Shown here piece by piece: positions 1-10,971 of a stretch of 64,000 bases of DNA. Each line of letters opens with the position of its first letter. Within the stretch, counting starts at the first letter, position 1. The DNA is from Entomortierella parvispora E1425. Lineage: Eukaryota > Fungi > Mortierellomycota. The notes under the pieces are model-generated. The model was not told the DNA's origin and searched no databases. It saw only the letters and a list, made by a program, of their open reading frames with translations. The stretch lies in contig BQFW01000014.1 in assembly GCA_020891255.1 (NCBI GenBank), forward strand, positions 1,922,001 to 1,986,000. Reading direction: 5' to 3'. Position numbers and translations under genes: made by a program.

Positions 1-2
1 CG

Positions 3-524
3 CGGCAGTCTCCAGTAGGAAATTTTGATCGTACTGCCCCTGTCGGTCAAGAGGAGGTTGCACAACAAGGGCGCACGTTCGGTGGCGAAGAATGGGTCCC
101 ACCATCACAAGGCTTTACCCAGCCAGGGGAGAGATCATCAGGCGGTGCGAGCGCTGGTATAGCCATTGAGGTACCAGGGACGGGCCAACAGATCTTCTCC
201 TACGGACATATAGAGGAATTCCCCCGAATGGAGGGCCTAGATGTCCGAGTTGGTCAAGAGATGGCCACTGAGCAGGCTGCAGATCAGAGCAGCCGATACG
301 ATGTTGGATCTGATCATGAAGAAGAGGAGGAGCTCTATTTGGGTGGTCTCCTAGTGACGGCTTCGCCTCGATCCGCTCGAACATTCAATGCCATGCAATC
401 TTTGAGCCGTAGATCGGCGGGACCTCTCACGAATGAGCGTGGTCAAGTTCAGCCTCAACAGGAGAACGATTCGCAAGGATCCGAGGAGAAGGTTGAGGAA
501 AGGGACCAAGAAGCGGATGTGTAA
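3..524 (+). CDS. 3' end of an unidentified gene running off the left edge (acidic, low-complexity C-terminus)
   Basis: The frame of ORF 228-524 stays open back to position 3. It ends at TAA 522-524 and is followed by an AT-rich 3'UTR-like stretch. Confidence 0.6.
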   Translation, partial: RQSPVGNFDRTAPVGQEEVAQQGRTFGGEEWVPPSQGFTQPGERSSGGASAGIAIEVPGTGQQIFSYGHIEEFPRMEGLDVRVGQEMATEQAADQSSRYDVGSDHEEEEELYLGGLLVTASPRSARTFNAMQSLSRRSAGPLTNERGQVQPQQENDSQGSEEKVEERDQEADV

Positions 525-1390
525 AGGAATGAATGAATGGATGGATGGAGTGCCAAGTCCTTTCCTCCCCACTTCTTCAAACACTGCACAGAAGCCCTTC
601 TTGGTCTGATCTTACAGATTCGATCCCTTATACCCGGCCCTTCGTGCTTGCATGTTCATGTATTTTTGTCTTTATGTACCCTTGTTTTCGTCGTTGTCAT
701 ATTTGTAAAGTAGAAAGTCTTTCTTTTTTTGTTTCCAAACTTTTCCGTTCGCACTTTTGGTGGACTACAGAATAAATAATAAAAAAATTGGAACCTCACA
801 TTTGATCTCATTGATCTTCAGACACGATCCTTGCTAGGGAGATGAAGTAGCTAGACAAAGATCAAGATCTTTATTCTGGGCGTCCACAGGTACAAAGAGA
901 CCCGAGGGCGAAGGATCAGGATATGTGACCGAGGAGCAGCACGTGCGCTCAATATGGCGCAACGGGGATTGTGGGAAGGGCCTGTTCAAATGCTCCGCGT
1001 TGATCAGGAGGAGGAGCAGCGACATGGTCACGTAACATATCAGACATACAGCAGCGGTAAGGTGGTGGGAGGGGGAAGGATGAAGATGGCTGTGAGGGAA
1101 TACAGTAGTGATCCAATGAATCAAACATGTAATAGGTATATGCAAAAACAGCAGCAGTCAATGCGGATATCCTTCGCCTTGCAATATTTTCCAAGGATTC
1201 TCTTGTTTATCTATGCAGTACTCTTACTCAAGGACCACCACCATCATTTTGGCCGCCAAGGTTGATAGCATCATTTTCTATTGCTGTCTTTCGGCAGTCA
1301 GACTTCCAACACGTCCCCTTGAGCTGGATTTTTGATTTCGATGTATTCTTTATTAATAATCAGTTAAAAACACAAGCGACCTCGATGTAT

Positions 1391-1939
1391 TCAACAATAA
1401 TTGATGTCAAGGTTGACCTTCTCAAAGTACCCACAATAAACAATAATGCCTGCGTAAGGCATTCCATGCTCCCAGGTACAAAAATCATTTGACTCGACAT
1501 CAAATTTGAAGCCTGGTTCTTCCAAAGGAGGAAAATCCCTCACAATGTTCCAGCTCCCTGATTTTGACCACCCTGACCAATTGTTCGTGTATTGAAGTGC
1601 ATGGGGCCTGTCATAACCAGATGAGTGTCCTCCATAAGCTTTGACCCAGATGACTCCATTCGTAGAGTCTTGCCATTCAGACATATGGGTCCCAACGTTG
1701 ACCTGACAAGCCCTTGAAGATCTGGCAAGCCCATCTGTGGTGTGATTTTGGGCCACAGCACTTAGTTCTTTGCCCAACTTGCCACCATTTCTTTCAAAAG
1801 CTCTATGCTTCAGACTATCCGGGCAGCATCCAGAGAGCTCACTGAACCGCTTCCCAGTCAAGCTACCAGAACAGTCAATGCACTGCTTGGCCATTGACAC
1901 TGAAAACAGAGAGGCAGTCGTTAGGTATAGCAGTCTCAT
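1391..1939 (-). CDS. Small secreted cysteine-rich protein, 182 aa, unknown function
   Basis: Single-exon ORF with an N-terminal hydrophobic signal-like peptide (MRLLYLTTASLFSVSMA), 8 Cys, basic sites (KR, KHR, RSSR) and a C-terminal Cys. Confidence 0.7.
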   Translation of the reverse strand: MRLLYLTTASLFSVSMAKQCIDCSGSLTGKRFSELSGCCPDSLKHRAFERNGGKLGKELSAVAQNHTTDGLARSSRACQVNVGTHMSEWQDSTNGVIWVKAYGGHSSGYDRPHALQYTNNWSGWSKSGSWNIVRDFPPLEEPGFKFDVESNDFCTWEHGMPYAGIIVYCGYFEKVNLDINYC

Positions 1940-3822
1940 CCTGGTGGTGTTCTTGAAGAGTGCTATTTTTGAAAAAAGTTGATCGTTAGCTTCTTATTTT
2001 AAATATCTGTCCACTGTAGTAGGAGGGATGGATTTTGCTTGTGTTTGATGAATGGTTGTCATCAATGGTTAATATCAATATGGGGCTTACAGGAAATAAC
2101 GGGAATAGCGGGTTGTTCGGTCGGTCGATGTCGATCTTCTGTGGGCACTCTTATAGCGTTCTTAACACGATGCTGAAAAGGAGATCGTTGGGTACGGCGG
2201 TTCTTTTGAAATGGCTTGCGTGGTTTGGAAAATGAAGCTGAGGGTTTTAGTAAGCAAAAGCAGAAAGACGAATTGCAAACCTAGAGGTATTTATACTTAT
2301 TCCAGAGCTGCCTCTGTTGCAGGAACAACATCAAGGATCCCCTTTAGCCTTTCTCTTTCTCTTGGCGTTGCATTTGGATCTGCCTTTTTGCTTTACAACG
2401 TTGTTAACCACAACAGCCCCCAACTCTACTGTCTACGCCCCAGCTCGTTTGCTCACACTAAACCCGGGAAGTGTCTAGATATTTGCCGTCTGGTCCGAGA
2501 GCCCCTTCCTTGTCACCCGCTGCTGTTGTTTGCCGTTCGGATGGGCTCCAGCTCCCGCAATAAAGTTCAGGGGGTAAAGTTCAGCGGCAAACCGAAGCGC
2601 GAGAACGTGTTCGCACTGTCTTACCCAGAGCTCGAACTCGGAAAACAAAATCGCGCGTTATGTATTACCTGTACAGGTACCTGATGTCGTTAGCTTACCC
2701 TCTCTCTGCCTTCTTGCCTGAGCGAGCCTCTGAATTCGGTCCACTACTTGTCCGCCCCTGACGGTTCTCATATATCAAAGGGGTTTCGACCAGGTGATCT
2801 GACCCAAAGCCTCAATCCGCAGAAAGCACACAAAAACGATCAAGACCAGGAAGTTTGACACGAGAAAAAAAAAGCAATGGCGTTGGTGGATAAAAAGATA
2901 TTGACCAACGGTTGCATGGAACTTCCGAGAGAGATAAAAAGGGCGTTCACAAGAGTGGTCTTATGATCAAACTCCCTTCGACAGTCGATCTGCGCCCTGG
3001 TCGTGCAGATACTTCCCGAACCGAGGTATTTTTGCAGCGGATAACCAGGGCGCAAGGGCATGACCAGGGCGTGGTACAGAAATCCAATTGGCAGGTAAGA
3101 GCATCGGACGACAAGGAAGTCGAAGGGCTGAGGGGAGTGGGGCCAAGTGGAGTAGAGTGGGGATTGGAACGAGTCGTTCGGGGAGGAGGTGTGGAAAGAA
3201 TAGGCTCAATGCTTTTGCCTTCGTTTCCGAGATCATTGATCTTTGAACCATGCCGTCGAGTGCAAGGTCAAGGAAGTGGAGAGGAGAGGAGGAGGGTGAA
3301 AAGTTAGGAGAGGAGGTGAGTGGGAGGAGCGGGATGGGTTGGGGGGGATGACTATGGGTCTTGAACCATCGTGTTTGCAGAGAAAATAAAATTGTGCCAT
3401 GACTACCAAAAACATCTGCGGGCGCGCATACAATTTGGTGGCCAGTTGTCCCCAGTTGTCCCCAGTTTTTTTCAACTAGCAGCAGCGACTGGTTGTTTGC
3501 AACACATCTGCGGGCGGGCGAACATGCAGTTTGCCCACCAGTCTCGACTAGTGGTTACTAGTCTCTTCCCTGCTTGCCAACCGGTTGTGAAGAAATGAAT
3601 CTGTGAACAATCGAGCAGTCCAACTGGCCGCGACTAGTTTGTACTCTGCCTGACAACTGGCTGCAGCCAGTTTGTGCCCAGTTTATTGACCGCTCACTCA
3701 ACTTGTCCAACTATATAGTGTGCAACATCGCCTTTGACTAGTTGGCAGTATGTAGCAGGCACACTTTGGATTATTAGGAGAATGAAGGAAAGGTCCAACC
3801 AGCCTCCTCGTGGACTTCAACG

Positions 3823-5946
3823 TTAAAAAGGTGCCGGATCAAGGTGGGTCAAAATCCGAACTCTTGGGTGATACTCCTTTAAGTAAGACACGATTTGGTT
3901 ATGCTTTTCGGGCGGAGAAAGCTGGCTTCGAAGCTTTCTGAGTTGGGGCCATGCTTGCACCATCCACTGGACATCAGAGATGTTCATCTGGGGCGATGCA
4001 GATTGAAGGTCGAGTTCTTCGAGCCGTGTCAGTGATCCGAGGGTCTCTAGACCATGGGCCAAAGTGAGATCTAACACGGGATCATGTTTGACCAACTTGC
4101 GAATGTTATGAGCCAGCGGGCGCAACGGGTCTACGGTCCTGGTCAGTGTGTTCTCACCCAGTCCCAGTCGCACAAGTTTGGTGAGTTTCGAGAGTTGGTC
4201 GTACACGACCTGTCGGGCTAAGTCCACCATTAAAGTCGACGGAAGAGAGCGCAAGCCACTGTCTCCTGAAGAATTGACGGTATCGGGGGCCGCAAAGCTG
4301 GAGGGTCCTCCTGTGCCCACTCCAAGTTGACACACTATAGATTCTGGGCCATCGACGCAGGTGGATCGAGGCAGGAACTGACCAAGGATGGCGAGATCGC
4401 AAAATGTGACTTCCAAGTTCTCAATCTGGAGGCAGGCCCACGGTCGGTGGAAATAATGTGCTTTCCTGCTACTGTTGCCCGTGCTGTTCGACTGCAGTGG
4501 TCCAAAATCCAACATGTCGCGGACACTCAAGAACGTAGCCTTGAACACTCTCAGATCTGAAAAGGTCTCCAGCATCGTCTGGAGAGTCTTGCTGGAGACT
4601 TCAGCGCAACCCTTCAGATTGAGTGACGCTAGTGCCGGTCCTGTTGCTGCTACTCTGGCCGTGGGAATTTTCCCCTGTCCATTGTATCGCTGTCCACATT
4701 CTCTCGTGGTCGTCCTCCGCTGCAGTAACTCCCTCGCAGAGTGCTCTCCAAACAGCGTGCCAGATACATCAAGATGGCGCAGGTTGGGGAGACTTGCTAT
4801 AATTTTCATCAAAGTTGAGTCTCCCAATCCTGTGTCTGAAAGGTCAAGACTCTGGAGCGTGGACCGGAAGGCTCGATCTTGAGATCCAGGACAAAGTAAA
4901 AGTGGCTCATAAAAGATCTGTGCTATAGCAGACAAGTCCATGACCCATCTCTCGCCCCATTGGAAATGCTCCAGCGCCGGAAAGTGCCTCAACCATTCCA
5001 ACTGAAACGCGCTGTCGGCCAAGTTGCTATGGAGTGTGAAGGACCGCAGTCGAGGAAAGAGGAGCCGTCCTGACGTATCCCGCTCCAATCCGTCTGGACG
5101 AGTAGCTCCTGGGGATGGTGAGGAAGGCGTCCACGCCGCTGTTGCTGTTTTGGGGCGGCCTACCGTCTCCAAGGTGTGCGCAAAACTGAACCCTTCATTT
5201 GAGAAAGGCACAAAGTATTGGCCGAGTGTATGGGTCACTTGTATGCATTCCAGTTGCTTCAAGACCTTAAAGAAGTTCCACACGTCCGTCTCATTTACTA
5301 TTGCGTTCTTCAACGTGAGAGTCCTCAGTTTGGGAAGCTCCTCCAGGGCTAACCAAAACTCACTAACGAGAAAGCGGTGTCGATTCAAATCCAGCCTCTC
5401 TCCCGGCTGTAGTTCTTCAGTTCTGGCTTCCACGGACTGGCACGTTAAAGACTCGAGGGTTTTTTGTACTGCTCCGAGCATCAGGAGGTCCAGCAAAGGT
5501 TTGGATAGGATCAAGGTTTCAAAGTGGACCAGGTTCCTGAAGGGCGGTAAGTAGACCGCCATTGAAGCCATGAGCTCCTCCATCAGTGGCACCTTTTCAG
5601 TGTAGGATCTGATATGGACAGCGTTCTTGTGTAGAAGAGCCACTGGGAAGGAATCCAAAATGCGAGGCAAGGTTGGCCCCTGGGGATGGCATGGTTGTTG
5701 TCGGGGGCATCTCCTACTGATCTGGACCGTAAACGGAAATGTGCGAGGAGCAGACCAAAGAACGCCTACTGGCATGTCGGCCACGACAGTGTGCCAGACA
5801 AGTGGGTGGAGGATGGAGTACCAAGTGGAGGAAACACGCAGGCAGACTGTGATGTCAAACTGGTGCAGATACTCGGCTATATGTAACAAGAGTTCTGGCA
5901 AAGACAAGACGTGGTGAATCGCAAGTTTTTCATAACAGCGGTTCAT
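3823..5946 (-). CDS. F-box / RNI-like leucine-rich-repeat protein (707 aa from the ATG at 5946)
   Basis: F-box motif VLSLPELLLHIAEYL...CLRVSSTWYSILHPLVW followed by LRR-like units (LRTLTL, LRSFTL, LQSLDLS, LRHLDVS, LEELDL). The ORF extension upstream of 5946 reads like a CT-rich leader. Confidence 0.85.
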   Translation of the reverse strand: MNRCYEKLAIHHVLSLPELLLHIAEYLHQFDITVCLRVSSTWYSILHPLVWHTVVADMPVGVLWSAPRTFPFTVQISRRCPRQQPCHPQGPTLPRILDSFPVALLHKNAVHIRSYTEKVPLMEELMASMAVYLPPFRNLVHFETLILSKPLLDLLMLGAVQKTLESLTCQSVEARTEELQPGERLDLNRHRFLVSEFWLALEELPKLRTLTLKNAIVNETDVWNFFKVLKQLECIQVTHTLGQYFVPFSNEGFSFAHTLETVGRPKTATAAWTPSSPSPGATRPDGLERDTSGRLLFPRLRSFTLHSNLADSAFQLEWLRHFPALEHFQWGERWVMDLSAIAQIFYEPLLLCPGSQDRAFRSTLQSLDLSDTGLGDSTLMKIIASLPNLRHLDVSGTLFGEHSARELLQRRTTTRECGQRYNGQGKIPTARVAATGPALASLNLKGCAEVSSKTLQTMLETFSDLRVFKATFLSVRDMLDFGPLQSNSTGNSSRKAHYFHRPWACLQIENLEVTFCDLAILGQFLPRSTCVDGPESIVCQLGVGTGGPSSFAAPDTVNSSGDSGLRSLPSTLMVDLARQVVYDQLSKLTKLVRLGLGENTLTRTVDPLRPLAHNIRKLVKHDPVLDLTLAHGLETLGSLTRLEELDLQSASPQMNISDVQWMVQAWPQLRKLRSQLSPPEKHNQIVSYLKEYHPRVRILTHLDPAPF

Positions 5947-6769
5947 GGGCAAAAGGGCTAGGATGATGGAATGAATGGAATGAAATGAGGGAGTGAGAGA
6001 GTGAATGAATGATTGAACGAGAGCGCGAATGAGCGAGGAATGGGCAAAAAAGAAAAAGAAGTAAAAGAGGGACAGGACGTAGGGGCATTGCCAAGGAGGG
6101 ATGGGGCTTGGGCAACAAAAGAACGGAGGGACAATGATATTTTTGGTGCCACCAGGCACAGTGCTGCACAGCCCCTCTTTTCGTTCTTGGGGATGAGTGG
6201 ATGCTAGAGCGGACGGAAGAGAGTGAAGAGGGGAGGGATAGGTCAGAGGTCAGAAGAGAGACGCGCCATGGGGACAAGCAGACTCTCGCGTGACGGACGC
6301 GTTGTATTCTGGCAGCAATTGCTCTTTGTAGGAGGAGCAAGGGTTATTATTTGTTTCTGCAGTGGACCAGGACCAGGACCTTACTTGGACCTTGATGACG
6401 GGACCCGCGAGTGGCAAAGAGGGATGCAGACAAGAACAAGCGAGGACCAAAACAGGGACAAGCGAGAGGAAGGGAGGCAAAAGGGGGACCCGCCATGCGA
6501 GTGATTCGCCCTGATCCACAGCGAAAAAAGCATTGAACAAAACAGACACCAATCCCGTCAGCAGGCGCGCACCCTCTGCGCGCGTGTCTTTTCCCCTCTC
6601 TCTGGTCTGGTCTGCCCGGACTGGTCTGTGGTTGTCTTTCCCTTCCTTTGTGTCCATGCCATGATCACTTTCTTCCTCTCTCTTCTCTTCTCGCTGCATT
6701 CATTCCCTCACTCGCTCTCATTTCATTCATTCATTCACTCTTACTCACATTTCATTCCATACTAGCACC

Positions 6770-8716
6770 ATGAGCTCTGGCCTGGACCTTGTCTCTCCCT
6801 CATACATCATGTCCTTCCGCTCTCGGAGACGCAGGAGGAGGACCCCTTCTTCTTCTCACTCCCCTCCTTCTACTTCCTCCACTGCCTCTCCTTCCTCTTC
6901 TCCCGTCGTCGGCTCTTCATATGCTTTTACTTCATCCAGAGCACTCTGGCCAACCCTCTCATCGCATGTACAAATCCAAACCTCAGACTACTCCCTTCTC
7001 CATACCTCAATACCGACAACCGCCCCGTTGGACTTGTTGGAAAGAACGGTAAAAGAGACTGCACTCATTTTTCCGACAGCTCCCCTGTCCTTGTTTGCTA
7101 ATGCCCAACCCCCTCCCCCCTACGTTTCATTTTCCAGTTGCATCCGATCCTGTCGACTCCGCAAGTAACTCTGGACACCTACGGAAATTGTCCGGTGTCG
7201 TGGTCTGTGTTTACGTCTGAACCAGTCGCAGTTTCTGATCTGAACCGTCTTCTCGGCACATCAGGAAGGAGAACGGATCTGGAAAATAATCCCATCGCCA
7301 GCGTCAGTAGGGTCTTGAATGGATCGTCTTTTGGAGAAGCCACGGTTGACTCTCATCATAGGGCCTACCTGCTGGACTCGATTTCCCTGCCCGAGGCTCA
7401 GAGACGCACGCCGCTGGGCTCAAATTCGGCTACGAACATTTCATCATCAGAGTCGTCTTCTTGCTCAGCAGTTGCTCACGGGACGGGAGGAGGAAGAGAA
7501 GAGGGCGGGGAGCAATGTGGCCCGTCCGCAGAAACGGGATCGCCCAGGTCCTCGGGCCGTCCCACTTCGTTCGAGCTCTCGAAACAAACACTGTTGACCG
7601 AGGCCGACAATTTGGACTGTGCCATTTGTCTTGATACGATTCATCCTCGGAAACATGCCAAGGCGACCTTGGCTTGTCGCCACGAGTTTCATCTCTCCTG
7701 CATCTCGTAAGTTGGCTTGCCTGAAATGTCCCCTGCGCTTTGGAAAATGTATTTCTTTTTATTTTCTTTGCTCGATTGTTCACAAAGCAACAGCGCAGCA
7801 AAACATTGGGACTCTCCCCAAAAACTAACCGCCCTCTTTTCATTTTTCCATCCCGCTCAGGATGGCGTTTGCAATGGGTAAAGAGATGGTGTGTCCTCTT
7901 TGTCGGTATCTTCACAAGGATCAGCCTTTCATGAGTTTGGAGTCTGAGGATGATGCCAAACTTTCTCCTGTTTCTCAGTCCCTTTTGGGTGCAAGCGCAT
8001 CATTGGTGACACACATCGGGCCATCCTTTCACCGGCATGGTTCGCATCGGCGCAGCGGTGGATTGGACTTGGTCCCAAATACACAACATGAGCACCCCAC
8101 CAGTGGCACGGTCCTCTCGATGATGCCTTCGCTCTTTGAAACGACCCTGGGCCGTGGACCGAGTGCCGGGACAGTGCAGACGTCGCCAGACGGGATCTGT
8201 CTAAGGACCTCTACCTGGTTGATGCTGTACGCCATGCCATTCACAGTGGCACTTTGCTTTTTGGGATTTGTCCTGGGTAAAGTAGAAACCATGTGGTCAA
8301 AAATCTCGTGCCTCATTGGAGCGGCCATTTGTTATATGGTTTGCTGGGCGCTTGTTGTGGCAGTCATGGATCCCGATCATGAGGCAAGGGCCATTGTGAT
8401 GCAACGGCAGAGTCTGGAAGGGCAAAACCAAGCACAACATCCCGAAATGCAGCAACAACAGCAGCAACAACCACTGGCGCCACTACATGATCCTGCTACT
8501 GCCGAAGCCACGGCAGCAATTACAGGAATGACAACTGGCACAACAGAAGCAGTAGCCCCAACGTCAACATCAGCAGCGGTGGCAATGGCAACGGCAACAG
8601 TCATGGACACAGGAGCAGCATGGACTCGGGGCTGGTTCGTACGCAATCTTCGAGCACGGGTTGTGGACCTGGCAGATATGTTGGAGGAGATCCCAGACAT
8701 GATGGGCGAGTGGTAG
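6770..8716 (+). CDS. RING-H2 finger protein with C-terminal transmembrane helices (probable membrane E3 ligase); exons 6770-7048, 7138-7706, 7861-8716
   Basis: CAICLD...CRHEFHLSCI|S...CPLC is rebuilt across a phase-2 GT-AG intron (7707-7860). Two hydrophobic segments follow (LMLYAMPFTVALCFLGFVLG; ISCLIGAAICYMVCWALVVAVM). Confidence 0.8.
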
Positions 8717-8947
8717 CCAACCACAATTAAAAAAAATCGAGTTGATTTATTCAAACTTTCAGCCTCCACAGAAGCAGTCCGAAACCTTCATGTCTTTCTT
8801 TCTTCTACTGCATGCATGTCTTGGCCCTCTGCGCAATTCACTCTTTCCTTCCTTCTGCATCGCATTCATTACATTTATTCATTCGCCTTACGATTGCATT
8901 CACCTTCCAGAACAAAATACAGTCAAATAATACACCTATCTACCACC

Positions 8948-10889
8948 ATGGATTCACGGGAACAACGGCTACTCATCTCTCCTGCACCACCTCAACAGCA
9001 CCCTCCTCACCTTGCAGACGTCGCTGACTCTGCGCCAACTGCCCCACATACAATTACCGTAGCAGATCATGATAGTGGGATCCAATATGATGATGATGGT
9101 ACTGACGACCCCAACCTCAACGGCGATCAAGACGAGGACGAGGTCGCTGTAAAGCCCGTCGTTGGTTGGCGTGGGTGGTACCGATCTCTCCTCCAGCTGT
9201 TTCAGGGTCTGGGCAAGTTTTTCTTGATCCTGGCCCTTGGTACCCTCATTTTGTTCTTGGTCCTCAAATATACCCTCCCCAGTGTGGACGAGTAAGAACC
9301 CCGCTCGTCAATTATTTCTTCTTTCTTTCTCGTATCGCCAAGCGGACCAGTCATTTGATCAGATCAGAAGACAGCCAACAGGGAACTCACAGCTTATCAT
9401 TTGATGTGTACGCACCAAATAGGGAGCAACGCAAGGATCTGCATTTCCCGCATTCACTCGAGGATCTGGAAGCATTGCGCAAGATCTTGTCAGGATACAT
9501 GGACAAACATTACTATCGAGTCATGTTTGGATTCCTGACCATCTACCTGTAGTAAGTGTTGCCCCGTGCACTCGTTTTTTTGACGTTTCGGGAGAAGAAG
9601 GGGGGGAGGGACGGAAGACGTGTCTGTTTAGAGAGCGAACCACAAAATTTGTTTGGCCCTTTCTGTCTGTCGTTTTCCATTCTCCCTCCTCGAACACCAT
9701 TCATTGCGGCACGGTGCATCGACTCCAGGGCACTCTTCCTGCTGGGCTCAACGGTTTTTTTGACTGACATCATGATGGGCGCGATGTTTTGCCGCGAGAA
9801 ATAATTGCCGGGACCACGAACCCTAAAAAAAATTCGCTGATCACCAGTTCTCCAGTTACCCAAAACGGATCATCTTGGCTCCTTCCTAACGGTCTCTTAT
9901 CTCTCTTTCTTTGTAGTCTGCAAACATTCTCAGTTCCAGGGAGTATGTGGCTCAGTATCTTGGGAGGAGCCCTCTTCAAGTTTTGGGTGGCTCTGATCAT
10001 GGTCTCATTGGTAAGTAAAATCAAGGAGAAATAGAAGAAGAAAAAAGCTCCGGTTTGCACAAAAGAACAAAGTGGGGCCTCTGCGCATCCATTGCGCCGC
10101 TTTAGGGTCGATTCGGCTTTTGTTTTGTTTGATTGTTGTAACTGACTGACACATGTAATTTTCACTCCTTGTTCCTCGGGTCATTCATCCATCTACTAGG
10201 CTTCCGCCATTGGTGCCACGAATTGCTACTTGTTATCGCGCATGTTCTTTTCCAAGCTTGTGAAGAGGAAGTTTGGCGATCGGATGGAAAAATGGAATCG
10301 ACAGCTGGAGAAGCATCGCAACAACTTGATCAGCTATATCATCCTGCTTCGACTGGCACCTTTCCCACCCAATTGGTTCGTCAACATTTGTTCGCCCCAC
10401 CTGAACGTCCCTCTTTGGCCCGAGTTCTTTATCGGAACCTTGATTGGAGTGACGGCACCCTCGGTGGTTCATGTCCAGGCTGGCATGGTACTGGAGAAGC
10501 TCGTAGAAGATCACTCTTCAGGCGTGGATGTCTTTACGCTCAAGAACGTGCTCATGTTGGGCGCTGTCGCGTGTCTAGCAGCCTTGCCAGTGTTGATTCG
10601 TTGGTTGCTGGCGAGATATGAGGCCAAGAAGCTTGGGATCTTGCCTGAACATGAAGATCAAGGTGGCGAAGGCGAGCGCGACGGACTCTTGGCCTATGAA
10701 GAAACGAATGGAGATCTTTCCACAACAGCCGCACGACTCTTGGAGGAAGGTCGAGTCCAACCGGAGGAACAGGATCCAATCATGGAGCCTTTGGACCCCA
10801 CAGGACTCATCATCGCACCCGAGCATCAGCACATCAAGACGATGTTTAGACGAAACTCGTCCTATTCTTCTGCATCTTCTGCAAAATAA
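8948..10889 (+). CDS. TMEM41B: TMEM41/Tvp38 (VTT / SNARE-associated Golgi domain) membrane protein, multi-exon
   Basis: LQTFSVPGSMWLSILGGALF and NLISYIILLRLAPFPPNWFVNICSPHLNVPLWPEFFIGTLIGV match the TMEM41 signature. GT-AG introns join the pieces. Confidence 0.85.
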
Positions 10890-10971
10890 ACAGGGATAAT
10901 TTGTACATACACATTTACTTTTTCCCAGAAAAAAAGGGTATTATTATATAGTTTGTTTTCTTTCTTTTTTC

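Noticed and set aside
834-1265. Short overlapping ORFs of 81-103 aa
   Set aside because: No recognisable motif or consistent splice model; probably UTR or intergenic sequence.
2211-2830. 157-aa plus-strand ORF, or a spliced minus-strand gene (FELWVRQCEHVLALRF...)
   Set aside because: Splice phases could not be reconciled without stops, and no domain was recognised.
3075-3095. U1 snRNA (CTTACCTG on the minus strand)
   Set aside because: No ATTGCAC loop II, GATCAC loop I or Sm-site arrangement. The motif is simply the complement of a 5' splice-site consensus.
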